DNA of 63,902 nt, the filler included, from Neolecta irregularis DAH-3 (taxonomy: Eukaryota), in assembly GCA_001929475.1 (NCBI GenBank). It is 11 parts of 11 records of this genome, joined end to end, with 100 filler letters (N's around TTAATTAATTAA, not from the genome) between each part and the next. Parts side by side here need not be neighbours in the genome. Positions count along the whole stretch, not along the records: positions 62,372 to 63,902 come from LXFE01004464.1; 10 more parts are not named here. One strand, 5' to 3'. Both the position numbers and the translations under genes were made by a program. Under the pieces are notes generated by a model, which saw only the letters and a list, made by a program, of their open reading frames with translations, searched no databases and was not told the DNA's origin. This document shows positions 63,621 to 63,902 of the stretch, in pieces. The first letter of the stretch is position 1; each line of letters opens with the position of its first letter.

Positions 63621-63804
63621 TTTCGAACCACATGCCCACATTGTGGAAGAAGAGTCAGCCATTTGCTCTTACGCATTTGCGAGCTGCATTCAGAAGCAAA
63701 ATGAGTGTCATTTGCTCTTTCCGTAATAATTTCGAACCTCATGCCCACATTCAGACACATCCGGGTGGAAGAAGAGTCAGCCATTTGCTCTTCCGCATTT
63801 GCGA
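63621..63804. repeat. Imperfect direct repeat of about 62 bp
   Basis: TTTCGAACC.CATGCCCACATT[..]GTGGAAGAAGAGTCAGCCATTTGCTCTT.CGCATTTGCGA at 63621 and 63730; the second copy has a 13-nt insert. Confidence 0.85.
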
Positions 63805-63902
63805 AATTTTCTAAAAAACTATTTAATCGTGAGGTACCCGTTCTGACTCTGAATCGTTCCCAACTTATCACAAATCATGTTATCGATTTTGCTTTTCATC
63901 GC

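Noticed and set aside
1-63902. tRNA or rRNA genes
   Set aside because: None recognised by eye; a tRNAscan-SE/Infernal run would be needed to exclude intron-containing tRNAs.

Overview
This is eukaryotic (fungal, ascomycete-type) genomic DNA, and it is not one continuous locus. Eleven short contig segments are joined by ten artificial 100-nt linkers (N44-TTAATTAATTAA-N44), so gene neighbourhoods are only meaningful within a segment. Genes are tightly packed and split by very short introns (about 32-45 nt). That style suggests a Taphrinomycotina-like fungus such as Neolecta, but this is an inference I cannot confirm. Recognisable genes: FHA/Far9-Vps64, LIP2, homogentisate dioxygenase, POP3, Bud4/anillin, an Emp46/47 lectin, a stand-alone LigD 3'-phosphoesterase, TFA1, a Na+/K+-ATPase-like P-type pump, a GH17 glucanase, ELP6, a MATE transporter, two CYP504-like P450s (one interrupted), a Sad1 SUN protein, three tandem DUF1996 genes, Argonaute (partial), DCN1, a PIG-Y-like gene, a DUF676 hydrolase, Rec24/Mei4, UVRAG/Vps38, MHR1 and a divergent PA28-like gene. 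Intergenic DNA holds a decayed Ty3/gypsy fragment, solo LTRs (two with perfect 5-bp target-site duplications) and at least two MITE-like families. The best leads are a PA28/11S-like protein that appears to lack both its activation loop and its docking tail, a probable GA-AG intron, a MITE-associated divergent pair of orphan secreted paralogs, and a hairpin conserved by covariation at the solo-LTR 5' ends. All family assignments come from motif recognition by eye; no searches were run.
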